Shown: positions 38,219-51,880 of the stretch, piece by piece
Layout of the letters: every line of letters starts with the position of its first letter
Numbering within the stretch: position 1 is the first letter of the stretch
NCBI RefSeq assembly: GCF_964194025.1
Contig: NC_134473.1
Coordinates: forward strand, 60,202,001-60,266,000
DNA from: Convolutriloba macropyga
Taxonomy: Eukaryota
Direction: 5' to 3'
DNA length: 64,000 nucleotides
The notes under the pieces: generated by a model
Seen by the model: the letters and a program-made list of their open reading frames with translations, nothing else
Databases searched by the model: none
What the model was told of the DNA's origin: nothing
Program-made: the position numbers and the translations under genes

Positions 38219-38521
38219 TTGGCATATTTTTGAAAACAAAAGAAAACACCGCGGTTCATTTAGGGCCAAACATACTCAGCTGTCATTTAGGGCCACAACG
38301 ATTATGAATAATGTACCCCAAACTAAAGCAACTCTGAGCATAAATGGTAGAGTTCCAAAAAAACTTACGGATTCTGGAATTACAATTAGAAATTTTTAAG
38401 TCTTTATGTATTAACCAGCATCATATGCGCTCTCATAATCACAATTGAGTGAAGCGAATTGTTTTCAGAATTATCCCACAGTCATGTTTCTGCCTTTGTT
38501 TTTTTAGGTCACGTAGACACT
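38219..38521 (+). repeat. ~300-bp direct repeat, left copy (right copy 41796-42083)
   Basis: Shared strings include TTCATTTA.GGCCA, AGGGCCACAAC, AGCATAAATGG, TACAATTAGAAATTTTT, ATGCGCTCT, CACAATTGAG.GAAGCG and TCACGT.GACACT. Confidence 0.85.
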
Positions 38522-39699
38522 TAGAAATTTTCCAAAAAAGCAAAAAAAAATTCTCAAAATTTTTCGAATTTCTTTTAACATTTTTTTAGTGTCTACTTTA
38601 TGATAATGATCATCTCTGCTACTTCTAGCAAAACCTAATTTTTTTCTTTTTTGCGATTCTGCTTAGAAAAGAATTCTTCGGTAATTGTAATAAAAACTAG
38701 GTGAAACTCAATCTTTTGAACTCTCTAGAAGTTGTTTGAAACTATTAGACGGTAAAAATCTGAAGAAGGTGTAGAAAACTCATCAGCTGTACAAAATTAA
38801 ACAACTTCCGAAATGGGCAGTATTTCATGATTCAACAAACCAAGTTCCTCACCCATTAGAAAGGTTATGTTGTAAAGTCAAAAAACTTCATTTCGAATAA
38901 ACTCCTTCATTTCTACCTGCAATTGAGTACATTTGTTCAAAGAACTTTAAGTGCCAATACTCGCAGCAAAATTATATTTTATAACCACTTAACATTTTCC
39001 GTTTTTCAAAGATTCTGCAAACAGCCAGTTAGAAACGAGGCAAGCTTCAAAAAAATGAACAAAAACGCCTCTATTTATTTTTCAAAAACAATACAGCAAT
39101 TTTTCGAGGACGTTCTCAGAAAGCAAACGCTGCCAACACTGACAATATCGAACCTCGAAAACCTGAGATAAAAATTAATATTTACATTTAAAAATTGATA
39201 AATTTAGCTAAGTATTATCTTAATTATCTCACTAAATTAATATTATGCTAAATATTCGCTCTGGTAGTTTCAACAATAACATGAAATAATCGAGGTATTT
39301 TGGGTGTTTTGTCACATTGGGTATTTCGGCATTGATTATTTTGCCCTGATACCATCTTCTCCTTGCCCGGCTTAGTATATTGTCTCTGCTGTGAAAAATA
39401 ACTCTTAATAGCTGTCTTCGTATCAAATTCGGCTGAAAAACATGTGAAAAGAAAGAATTCAAGGAACGACAGCTCCGTATTGGACAATCAATACATCATG
39501 ACTCCTACAGTTTTTGGTCATATGATACTTTCTAACTAATTTTTATGAGCCTTTGCTTAACAAATTTTATCTTAAGGATAAAGTTTTGTTGATAGTTCGT
39601 CCTCGGATCACGTATCACATTCACGTTTTTCAATTATTTCACCACTGATTTTTCATCGGTTCACAAATTTGATTGATTTCCCATGTTTTTGAGCAATTT

Positions 39700-41775
39700 A
39701 ACGAAAGGGAAAATCGAATTCACTATAAATAAAACCAACCGAAACAACCAACTTTAAAAACTATGTTAGATTTTTAAAGAGGACCTGGATAGCATGGCAA
39801 TGGTGCAAAAACGTCAAATTGTCTAATCATTAAATTGAGTCGTCGGCACATCAAAAATAATCTGTTAATTTTTTTAAGCAATGTGAAACATCGAAGCAGA
39901 AATGGAATTTCATCAATAAAAAATTAGGAAACCACAAACAAGGTATAATTGTGTCAGAAATTGAAATAGACGGAGCCATGACCGTTGACAAAAAAGCAAT
40001 CTGCAATGCATTTAATAATTCTTTTGCGGAAATGGCCAAATATTCTGGTGATTTCGTTCCTCTCAATATCCATAAGTTGGACCACTGTTCTGAAAAATTC
40101 AATTTTAGAGTATTGACTTTAAAATAAATCTACAAATTTATTGATAGTTTATCTAAATATATATTTAAAACAGTAAATCACCGGGTCGAGGATTTGTCCA
40201 TGCATGGGCTTTAAATGCGGCGAAATACGCAGTTGGTACTCATCTGCATTTTATTTTTAGTGAATGTATTCAAAACAGTGTCTTTCCAACTGTTCTAAAA
40301 CATACATATTTCACACCAATTCACAAAAAAGGATCAACAACACAAGTGTGCAACTCCTTTTCCAAACGATGGATCACGTTAATAAAAACAAATTATTGAA
40401 TAAAGAGCAATTTGGATTCCAAAACAAAAAGTCTTCAACAGATGCAGTATTGTTTTTCACTGAGACAGTAATAGAAAACAATGAAAATGGGCAAAACAAT
40501 GAAGCAATTTTCTTAGACCTTGCAAAAGCATTCAATTCAATTTCGCACAAAATATTTCTTAAAAAAGCAGAGTGCTTCAACTTCTCTGAGCCTGCACTTA
40601 ATTTTTTGAGATCTTTTCTCGAAGAAAGATCACAATGCGTCAAAATAGGCACCGAGGTCTCAGAACACATTTTCGTTACTCACGGAGTACCGCAAACCAC
40701 AGTATTAGGACCCCTAATTTTTCTTTTATTAGTTAACGATTTTTCAGAAAAAATCAAAGGTGACTATGAGCTTACTCAATTTGCAGACGATGCTAGCAGT
40801 TTATGTCGATATGAACCAGGAGAAACAATTGCAACAAAAATTGAAAATTTTTTTACTGAACACGGACAGTTACTTGAAGGAAAATCAACTCACTTTGAAT
40901 GCTGATTAAACAGAACTACTTTCTTTTTCTACCAGGGACGAATTAGAACCAAAAATTAATTTAACGGAAATTTAATAAAATCTGCTGTGAGTTGTCGTTA
41001 TCTACGAAGACACCTTGTAGTTTATAAAAAATGGCGGCCGCCATTCGCTCACTGTATCTAGTAAGAAACCATATACTTTTGGAAGTAAGGTTTCAAGTTT
41101 TCAAATCTTTAGTCCTGTCTTATTTGTCATTTAGTGGAGATTAATTACAAACATTGTCAGCAAAAAATGTACAGCATATAAATCGACAGATTAATTGGGG
41201 CATAAAAGTGTGTTATATGCGTCGTATATTCGATTAGTGTCGTGATATCCTTCTCAAATCGCATGTCCTGCCAGCTGAATTAAATATTTCAAAGTTCAGT
41301 ATATTGAAACTCCACACAGACTTGAATCAGAGGATAGTATCAGAAACCTTTAAAAAATGTGCAAACCGCCTACAGTTAAAACAGAACAAACGGACAAAAC
41401 AGCTGATAATAGCAACGCAAAAGTATAATAAGCAGAGTAAAAGATCTTTGATTTTGAAGAGCATACAGAAATGGAATAAGTTACCCTCTAAAGTAAGAGC
41501 GACGGAGAACAAAATTCTTTTCAAAAGAAATTTAACAGAGTTTTTGCAACGTCAGCATGAAAATTTTTCTAATAGATAGACAGTTAGGATCATTCGTGTC
41601 TTATTTTTTTTATATAGTAGAATGAACAGCTTAATGGGTAACATCAATTAATAACCAGAAGTTTGATGTATAATTTTTGTTATTTCAATAAATATTCGTG
41701 ATTATTTTGAAGGCATATAAACTTAAACCTTTCGGTTATTTAATTCATTTACATGTTTGGAAAAGAAAAAAAAAT
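39700..41775 (+). mobile_element. Degenerate non-LTR retrotransposon (CR1/L2-group LINE) ORF2 with A-rich 3' end
   Basis: KKAICNAFNNSFAEM pre-RT motif at ~39990, RT core, C-terminal IQKWNKLP, and 3' tail AAAAGAAAAAAAAA at 41761-41774. The element may extend 5' to ~38520. Confidence 0.88.
40264..40905 (+). pseudogene. LINE reverse transcriptase core (largest surviving frame)
   Basis: QFGFQNKKSSTDA, IFLDLAKAFNSISH, FLRSFLEERSQCVKI, HGVPQTTVLGPLIFLLLVND and QFADD motifs; frameshifted on both sides. Confidence 0.93.
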
Positions 41776-41795
41776 TCAAACATTGGTTAAATTCA

Positions 41796-42083
41796 TTGGA
41801 GAATTTTTGAAACCCAAAGAAATTCCCGCGATTCATTTATGGCCATACAGTTCCATTGAGGGCCACAACTATTTAACAAAACCAAAGCTAATTTAAGCAT
41901 AAATGGCACAGTTCCAGAAAAAAATACGGATTTTAGAACTACAATTAGAAATTTTTGTCTTTGAGTATTAATCAGTATCACATGCGCTCTGAAAGAACAC
42001 AATTGAGCGAAGCGGATTGTTTTTTGCATTATCCTGTAGTAATTTTTCTGCTTTTGTTTCTTTTTTTAGATCACGTGGACACT
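41796..42083 (+). repeat. ~300-bp direct repeat, right copy
   Basis: Diverged copy of 38219-38521 starting ~20 bp after the LINE tail. Confidence 0.85.
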
Positions 42084-43583
42084 GTTCTGATAATTGTTTT
42101 TGAGTATGTCACATTGGCCTGACATAATATTATACATTAACAGAATAATTCCACAATGATAGTACAATATTATGCTTCTACAATATGCGAGAATGGATTA
42201 TCCTAACTTTCCCTGTAGATTAACGCAGTTTATGAAATATTTAATCGCGCGGCTCAGTGTTGTACAAAACATAGGAATTGTTCAATTTTACATTGGAATC
42301 AAGGTTGAAGAAAAGAGTTATTGAGCTTTTTCTGTCACTAACAAGTAATGGCGTCCCAGATTATCCAATTTTTTGTACCGTAGAGCTCAAAGTGATTTCA
42401 TGCAAATAATTACTTCACCTCCCCCCCCCCTGCATAGATTATGACCCTCCATAAGTGATAATTTAACAACTTCATTATGGCGCAAATAATTAATAATCCC
42501 ACTCAGCTCTTAATAAGTTATACAAACCTTTATCAATGTAAAAAGAAACATTCGATTTGTGCACACGTAGTACGTTAATGAAATCATGGATTTCGAGATC
42601 ACCGGGGAGGGGAGGTGGATGGGGAGTGGGATGGGGAGGGGAGACAGAGGGGGAGGGTTGAGGCGAGTGCCGAGGAAACATTTCATTTACTTTGGTAAAG
42701 TGTTCAACTTTATGATTGATGTTTCCCACTTTTTTGGAAAAAAATCGAGAAATTTATGGTAGTCCCACTTTTTTCTTTCTTGAGAGAGATCTGTTTCCGT
42801 AAAATATGTCATCCGCAATCGTTCACTTTTCCTCAAAGTTTAATAGGGGTGCAACTTGGGAGCGTTTATAAATTGCATTTGCATAAGCTTTTGACCCGGG
42901 TTATCTCTAACATTGGTTGAGTTTAGTTTATTGACACGAATAGGCAACTTTGAGCAAGATTAGCAATTTCCCTAAAAATAATGAGGCGTATCAAGTGTTG
43001 ACATCAGAAGAAACAGCCGTCAATAAACTGTTTTTACCGACTATTGCAACAAATAGCAATATTTGGATATTTTAATTTTTCGCACGAAAATGTTTGTCGA
43101 CTGACTGTGGCCAACTTGTAATTTCTGCATTGCATTTTGACATCAAATACGTATTATCAAACATTTTCTATTCACGAAGAAAAATGTTAAGCATAAAAAA
43201 ACATTTTTTTCAGGTACTTATGGCTGAAAAAAACGAGATGCAGTTTTTAAAAGAAAAAAAGCTTAGCACAAAATTTCCATATCAATTTGAATATTTTGGT
43301 CTTGAAAAAAGGATAACTTTTAATGCTCGATGAAAGAAACAAGTTGCTTGCTTCTGCTCACTTCGTTGCTCAATTAAGCTCTGAAGTTTCAGGACAGCTA
43401 TTTCGTTGACAGATACTGTGCACAAGGCTCTTGCCAAGCTGAATGAAAAAATAATTTGAAAAAGAAATTGAGTCGCACTGACAGAATTTTGCATATTTTG
43501 CAGTTGACCAAAAATAGTGAACTTGAATAAAAATATACTTCATTATAATTTAGCAGTGCTGACCATAAAACGTTAAAATTTAT

Positions 43584-44754
43584 NNNNNNNNNNNNNNNNN
43601 NNNNNNNNNNNNNNNNNNNNNNNNNNNNNNNNNNNNNNNNNNNNNNNNNNNNNNNNNNNNNNNNNNNNNNNNNNNNNNNNNNNNNNNNNNNNNNNNNNNN
43701 NNNNNNNNNNNNNNNNNNNNNNNNNNNNNNNNNNNNNNNNNNNNNNNNNNNNNNNNNNNNNNNNNNNNNNNNNNNNNNNNNNNNNNNNNNNNNNNNNNNN
43801 NNNNNNNNNNNNNNNNNNNNNNNNNNNNNNNNNNNNNNNNNNNNNNNNNNNNNNNNNNNNNNNNNNNNNNNNNNNNNNNNNNNNNNNNNNNNNNNNNNNN
43901 NNNNNNNNNNNNNNNNNNNNNNNNNNNNNNNNNNNNNNNNNNNNNNNNNNNNNNNNNNNNNNNNNNNNNNTTTACTATTAATATTATTATTTTCTATTAT
44001 TGTTATTATTTTTTNNNNNNNNNNNNNNNNNNNNNNNNNNNNNNNNNNNNNNNNNNNNNNNNNNNNNNNNNNNNNNNNNNNNNNNNNNNNNNNNNNNNNN
44101 NNNNNNNNNNNNNNNNNNNNNNNNNNNNNNNNNNNNNNNNNNNNNNNNNNNNNNNNNNNNNNNNNNNNNNNNNNNNNNNNNNNNNNNNNNNNNNNNNNNN
44201 NNNNNNNNNNNNNNNNNNNNNNNNNNNNNNNNNNNNNNNNNNNNNNNNNNNNNNNNNNNNNNNNNNNNNNNNNNNNNNNNNNNNNNNNNNNNNNNNNNNN
44301 NNNNNNNNNNNNNNNNTCTTATTTTCTATTATTGTTATTATTTTTTTCTATNNNNNNNNNNNNNNNNNNNNNNNNNNNNNNNNNNNNNNNNNNNNNNNNN
44401 NNNNNNNNNNNNNNNNNNNNNNNNNNNNNNNNNNNNNNNNNNNNNNNNNNNNNNNNNNNNNNNNNNNNNNNNNNNNNNNNNNNNNNNNNNNNNNNNNNNN
44501 NNNNNNNNNNNNNNNNNNNNNNNNNNNNNNNNNNNNNNNNNNNNNNNNNNNNNNNNNNNNNNNNTATTACTTTTAATATTATTATTTTCTTTTATTCTTA
44601 TTATTTTTTACGTTATTTATTAATATTGTTAATTTTATTTTTATGATTATTATTATTATTATTATATTAATATTGTTATTATTATTATCATCATCATCTT
44701 TATTATTATTGTAAATATTTTTTTATCATCATCATTAATATTTTTATTATAATT

Positions 44755-44812
<58 letters not shown>
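43584..44812. other. N-masked or gapped low-complexity block: three N runs in (TTA)n-like sequence, ending in (AT)n
   Basis: N at 43584-43970, 44015-44316 and 44352-44564; TTA-rich islands between them; pure AT repeat at 44757-44812. Confidence 0.95.
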
Positions 44813-44815
<3 letters not shown>

Positions 44816-46548
44816 CCATATACATATACAGAAGTTTTTAAGTTCAGATCCTTCTTTGATCTGTCCTTCTTCATGATTTTTTTTACCTGCAACACAAAAC
44901 AGGCCTACTTAAGTGTTATTTCCAAAATAACAGTAGTTTCACATCGAGGTCAGCCATGTTAACAGAAAAACTGGCTCAATATTTCGCTCTCGTATATTAT
45001 ACAATGTCGATGCTGCCTGTTCGTAGGGGGGAATAGCTAACAAGAACACTCTCGGCTAACAAAATTTGGGATAAGTTCACTTTTAACTCCCTAGGCAACC
45101 AATGATAATTGGACCTGTCAATAGTGAGACTAAGTAATAAGACTACAAAAACAACCATAAATGCAGACAAAAATTGAAAAGGTCATTTAGGAAAACAACG
45201 AGTTTTGAAAAATATAGGTTAGTAACTGATAGTCGATTATACAAAAAAAAATCATAAGTAAGTTGCTGATATCGAGTACTTATATATTTACTATAGGTTC
45301 ATTCAAATATCATTGGAGTAAGTTGGTAGAGGAAATATGTGGAAAGAAAACAACAGAACTCCAAGTCTTAAACACTCAGTACCAAAATCGCTCAATAAAT
45401 TTTAATTAAAAATAGATAGTAAGAAAGTCATAAAAACATTATTTGAACAACAAAAGCGAAGGAAAAATTTATATTAGCTTTAAAATATAAAATATAAAAG
45501 TTTTAAAACCTGGTATTAATAAGATTAAGTTGCAAGTTGACAAAAAGGGGGAATATAGAGAGGAAAATGATAAAAATCCAAAAAAATTTGAAAACAAGTG
45601 ATTTCAAACAAACCTTTACATATCAACTAGATGAAGTAAGGTCACTTTCATCTCAAAAGCAAGCTACTGAGATGTTTAATTATTCAGAAGAAGTCATACG
45701 GATACAGAGAGAGGACAAGAAATACATGCAAAATTAGAATTGTCAATTAATATCCACAGAAAATGTTGTCGAACCTTTTAGCACCATTAGCAATTAACCG
45801 AAGATGTAAAACAGGAATTATCCTTTGACACCCATGGGACCTCTCAATAAGGAGATACTGTGTCAGGAAATAAAAAAAGGAAATACAAAAGACCAAAAAT
45901 CACAAAAGTTTTGCGAAAACTTGAAGTATCAAAGTGATAAAAAAACATTAGATAAAACTAATTTTTCCCCAGAAGGAGAATGGAACGAGTCAATAATTAG
46001 ATTAGGCCAGACGAATACAGCAATAATAATTTTTTTAAGCAAACGTATTCAAAGTTACAAAAACAATTAGATGTCATATTAAATTATCGGAAAGTCTCAC
46101 TAAACTAAGAATTATTTGACAAGACAGTGGTGTCTTTCTTTAATGATGTTACTTCATTGGACTACAATAAGAGAAACAAAAACAGGTAACTCAAGAGGTC
46201 AATAAAATCGACGAATACTTTTTCTTGAAGCCATAAAAATATAGGATAATCTCTGTAAACTTAGCATTTGATAATTGAGCGTCATTTAGACATAACTGAG
46301 ATCTCTCTTTAGGTGTGTCTTTTTATCAAATATTGTCTGTATTTGACATAAATTAGAGCAAAAATTTTTGATAAAAGAGAGCGCCTCTTCTTGATTGTAG
46401 AATTTGCGATGAGATCAAATCTATTTTTAAGAAATCTGGCTGCGCGTCAATCCATATCACGTAATTGTCCAAAAAGTTTGCGTAAAACATTGATTTGCAA
46501 AAAATCTTTATATATCGAAAACAAATAAGATATTTTGGAATAAAAATG

Positions 46549-46706
46549 GATCTTTTCCGTTTGCGCCCCCAGTAGGTTATGCTCCCCCAATTATACAGCA
46601 CGTGCCTTTACATAGTAAATCACTATGTATAAGTATGGCACATGCGTCTGGGTGCGCAATTAATATGCACCCGCTAAGCTGTGGGGGGGCACAAACGGAA
46701 AAGATC
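46549..46706. mobile_element. MITE (158 bp) with ~22-bp TIRs and 7-8 bp TSD
   Basis: Left end GATCTTTTCCGTTTGCGCCCCC; right end GGGGGCACAAACGGAAAAGATC. Flanks TAAAAATG (46541-46548) and TAAAAATT (46707-46714). Confidence 0.88.
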
Positions 46707-49419
46707 TAAAAATTTAGTTTAAATTAGCCAAAAGCTGGCAAAATTTGAAATGCAGAAAATTTTCCTGGAAATTTGAAGCAAAAAGTAGTTGTCAGGTAAT
46801 TATAAATAAAATTTTTTCAGCCGTGCTTAGGAGTTTAATTCCAGAAACCTTAGCAAAATAGTCCAAAGAAGCAACTTTGCTGCCTTTTTGTGAAAAAAAA
46901 CTACACTGATCAAAAATTATGGTTCCAAACTAACTTGGGGGGGATCTATAAGCTCAGCAGGTTTTTTTGTTCAATCAATTTTGGCCGATCGAGATATTCA
47001 TGGTAGAGGGTTGTGTGCAGTATCATTGTAGAGCCCTTTTAGCAAAGAATATAGAATTAAAAGATTTTTTAAATTTTGTTTTCTTCAGGGAGTTACTGAG
47101 GCTAAGAATTTTGTGAATATTTGACTCATTTCAGTTGTTTTATTCACCTTCTCCGTATTTTCGCTCTTTTGGTCAGTTTTGCTAAAAAAATTTAAAATCA
47201 TTTTTCTTTTGCGAAATTGGTATGTTTATAGCTGTAAAATTGTAAGCTGAGCTTAGGTATAATTTGCGGTGTTTGTGATTTTATTTACAACCCAAAGTGT
47301 TTGGATTGTATTCTTGTTTTCGAAAGCGAACTTTTGTTCAAGTGCGGCAATTTGACGTCTGTCTTCCGTGTGAATTCATTAAGGTGCATCTATTGATAAT
47401 TATGACTTCGAAACAATTCATTGTCAAAGAAAATAGAAAATAAATGGGTTTTTGATTTTTGGCAATACTTTTTGTGATTCTGTAGTCTCATCTTTTAGTT
47501 GCATCTATAACAGGTGTCAATGATTACTAATGAGGCATAAATGCACCTAATTATTTAATTGAGTTCTTTGCTTGCAGTTTACAAGACTTTGTCGCAATTT
47601 GTTCTCAAAATCTTTAATGAGTACTTGAGTGTTGCGAGTACCTGATGTACTATTTAGTTTCTTATCAATTAATGTTATTAAGAACAGGCGTCAGAGGTTG
47701 CAAGCAGGGAGTTTGTATTTCATTTTTATCGTTTCAGCTCAAAGACAATTCTTTCTATGACTTTCACACTACTTGTGTCTTAACAAAGTTATGAAACTTT
47801 AAATTTTTGTGAGTTTTCCTTGTATAAATTGAAGTCTAATCACTTACTCTATTTAATGACATGTCTCATGTTCCTTAAAGGATGCCTCAATCAATCCAAA
47901 TAGTTTTCTCAGTTTTCAACCTTGTATGGTTTATATACAATTCATTTTTCAAAAAAAAAATTGTTGAACTGTTGAGTTCCGCCAGTAATTGAATTTTTCG
48001 CTGTCTTATCCCTTAGCCTCATTAATAACAGATGTCATTGGCTGCCAAAGCCTAATACAAGAATCTAATCAGTTGCCACATTTCATAGCGAACATTTTTC
48101 TGATTCTTCAACATGAATTTTTCAACAATGAGACATGGTTTTTTGTGTAGCATGTTTTGTTGCTTTTCTGGTAGTCTTGTTACTTAGTCTCAAGAGCAAC
48201 AATTATTTGGCTTTCCGGTACGGTGTAATTTTTTGAAATTCATGGCTGTTATTATTAGCTATCATGTTTATTGACTAAGATACCGTTTGTTTTAGAATTT
48301 GTGAATTTTGTCATCATTTGTAGCTCTGTTGTTCCAATTTAATCCACTAGATCGTCCTGAAAGTCGATATAAAGTTTTTTTTTAATCTTTTGTCAATGCT
48401 GTGATTTTCATTTCCAAGAGAGATGAGTTGTGCTGAACTGTTTGACCGCAATTGTTTGCCAACAATTTAAATTTCAATCTTTTTTAATTTTTTAAAATTT
48501 GGCCTTTTTTTAATCGAAAATGCTCCAATTATGCCTCTATAGCACAATTTTATCAAAAATGCCGGAAGAACCAAGCTAAAAAGTGCTGATATAAGTTTCT
48601 CATTTTTGAATGATATTTTGTTTTATTTTGGATTCCTGGGAGAGTGTTTTGATATTAAAATATGCCGGTTATATCTAAGTTAACTATAATTATCCTAAAA
48701 TAAAGTTTTTTTTATTTATTGACGTTTTAAATCAAATTAGTTTTCGCTAACAATTGGATCCAAAGGGCAGGCAGCAAAATTAGGGTTGGTTTAATTTAAT
48801 CCTGAGTTTTCAAAATATAAGATTTTATTGTTTCGGACTATGTATTTCTTTCAAAAAAATACATACCGCATTTTTGTTTTTTGTTGATTACTGGAATTTT
48901 ATCATGCAGGAATGAAATCAAATTTATTCAAAATATGTGCAAAAGACGCCCAATCAACCCAATTTATCTGCTCAGTTAGAAGTTCATGTTCTATATGGTT
49001 GAAACATTGCGTTTGAGTAATTTTTTTTAGTTCTCTTTTTGTTGTTATTTTGTAATATTATGACTTAGTCTCAGTGAAGACGGGTTCTATAAAAATGGCG
49101 GGTTCTATAGTAGGCAACCTATACATCAGTATTTTATTTAGTGTTTTTAGTTGAAAACTTAATGGTTTTATCTCTATTGATCTGCTATTTTGATTTGTTA
49201 TTTTTTTTTCTAAAAAATAGACTTTGAGCCTTCGTAGTAATTAATATTTTTGTTATTCGATTTTTTTGTTTGCCTTGTCTCCTAATCTAGTTCTTGGCAT
49301 AACTCATCGGCCCTCTAAATCGGCATTTTTTTGTTTAATGATTTCATTTTAAGGCGTGTTTCTATTGGTACTTCACTTTTCGATAAAATTGCAAAGTTTA
49401 AAAAGTTTTCTATCTCTTC

Positions 49420-49503
49420 CCCAATTGGAACACAACTAAGTGAAAGATATCAGTGAGCAGGGTCAGAACATTATGTACAAACGCACATTACCGGGCCTCC
49501 TAG
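49420..49503 (+). mobile_element. Helitron-like 3' terminus (copy 2)
   Basis: Decayed hairpin ATGTACAAACGCACAT, then TACCGGGCCTC-CTAG|T; homologous to 28-105. Confidence 0.65.
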
Positions 49504-51619
49504 TTGATTAAAAAAGCATTTAAGCACGTAGTTCCTCCTCCCAGTAACGTGGGTCGGAAAAAAATTTTGTCTTCAAGATTAATTATCATATTTGTATCAT
49601 TGACGTCTTGTCTCAAAAAATCTCTCTCTTATTTTTTTCAAGTACATAAAAAGCATGTTGTTAATTCCATGAAAACGTTGATAAGGCGCCAACTTTTACT
49701 CAATTATTTTTTAATTTGGAGGTCTTCTACAATTAGACTGCACTTGAGACAAATCAGATTGTTTAAGTCATGCTGTATTTTAAGAGCCTTGATTTTGGTC
49801 AAAAGCCTTTGAAAGACGCTGGTAGAAGCTTTTAATTTTGTCTGCCGAGCGACTAACTGCCATATAATTTGACCGAAATGGATCTTCAGGTTTCAAGCGG
49901 ACTTTTTTCGATCTTCACAGGCTAATTTTTTTAAGTGCTGTTTGAACCCCCTTCCCGTTGTGAAATTCCTCTGTAATTGATACCATCAAGATACACTAAT
50001 TGTAAGTATATGTACCTCTAGTTGTGACCCTTTTCAAAATGCTGCACTATCAGACTGAAAAAATCCGCAAATTATCACATTAACAAGCTTATAAAAGCAG
50101 AACTCAAAATCTGCGGACCAAGCATCTTTTAAATCAATGGTGTCTCTGTTCAACACTTTGATATAATTGAGAATTTTACCAGGCAAAACAAACGCAATCA
50201 TCTGAAAAAATAATTGTCAAATAAATTTACTGCTCAAATAATTCTCCGTGCGACAAAAGCGCGGTTTTGATTGGCTGTATTGCAATACATTTTTATATCC
50301 CTATATATTGTCAATTTGAACGAGCCATCAAATAGAGCTTCTTTGCAATACATGTTAGTCCAGGATCTGTTTTTCATCGTTGGCTATAAATTTAATTGTT
50401 ATTTTCTAGTCTGCTGAATTGGTGGTACATTTTGGATATATTTTATAATCTTCGTCTGGATAATTTATTTCTAGGACTCTTTCTTGACGAGACATCAGGT
50501 TAGTTACACTACCATCTTGTTGTTATTGAAAATAGTTGATGACCCTAGTATTCCACGGGTTATGGGGATTGACAAAACGTTTGACTTTGACTTTGACTGA
50601 TAGACGCATTTATGAAGAAACATAAGGGTGGGGTCATAAGAAAACCTGTCAACCATATAGTTTCTGATTAAAATTTTTATTGATATCTTCTACATTTTCT
50701 GTGGTGGCTCGATTTCCTCTTTATATAATTCTATAGTTCTCTCTAAAATATATGAAATTATAAGCAGACGCAACTTGAGTTATTGTATCTAAGTAGTTGC
50801 GCAAAAAAAGTTTAAATTCCAAAAAATTTAAACAATATCAAAAACGACAAAGTCTCAAACGGTATATTTTCTAAATTTTATTACCGTAACGCAAAAAGAA
50901 AAGGACAAAAATACAGTAACTATTTCTTTCAAATTTTGATTCCAAATGTCTTCCAAATGTTTACAAAAAAGAAGAGAAACAAAATATCACCTCAAGTTTA
51001 CAGAATTTCCGTGGTTTATGTATTTTCAATTCGTCTGAGCTACATGGATGCTTTGACAACTGCAAATGCATTATGCTATAAGTAAAAAAAATTTGTCTTT
51101 AAAAATTTTTGCAATAAAATTCACAAAAATGTGGTGGTTGGCTGATTGCAACGATCGAGAGAGAAACCGCAATCGTTTTTATATGAGAGCTGACATTTCT
51201 GATATGATGTATGCGGTATCAAAATGAATCTTCATGAAACTTAGTCAAATGAAGCCTGTTCTCTTATATATTCTCTCAGGATAACCATTTCCACTTAAAT
51301 TAAATGGAGTACGGAGAACAAAGGAGCTTTAAGTGTCAAATTTTACAGAATTATTGATTTGGTTTACATAAAAAAAACTTCCTCTTCAGTTTTTCAAAAA
51401 GTAGTATGCAGGTCTTTGTTTATTTTCTATATTTTTAAATTGCATCTCATCTCTTATTGATCATATTAATTATTCGCCAAATCTTTTCTTGCTGCTTTCT
51501 CTTGATTCTATTTTATCGATTGCTTCCAAATTTTTTAGATTTGACACTTTTAGAGCACAGCTTCGAGTCTGAAACTCAGTTTCAAAAGGTTTCTGATTTC
51601 CTCAGGGCCATAAAAAAGT

Positions 51620-51880
51620 TTTAAAAACTTGGATCGAGTGAATCTGGGATTTGCAAATTTTAAAAACTGGATTTGTGAAATTTTCTGTTTTTTTAAAACT
51701 TGGATCTGCGAATTATTGATATTAAATTACAAAATTAGATATGTGAACTTCAAAATTTGGATTCTAAAACCTGGACTTTTGAATTTCAATATTTGCATTT
51801 TAGAATCTGGATTCGCCAATTTTAAAACTTGCATTTTAAAACTTAGACCTGATAATATTTTAACTTGGATTTTTAATTTT
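51620..51880 (+). repeat. Degenerate 15/21-bp minisatellite (TTTAAAACTTGGAT... units)
   Basis: Repeated AAAACTTGGAT / AAAACTTGCAT / AATCTGGAT cores, which produce the repetitive 125-aa pseudo-ORF. Confidence 0.75.

Noticed and set aside
44000-44646. 207-aa and 104-aa ORFs
   Set aside because: Artefacts of translating through N runs and TTA-rich low-complexity sequence.
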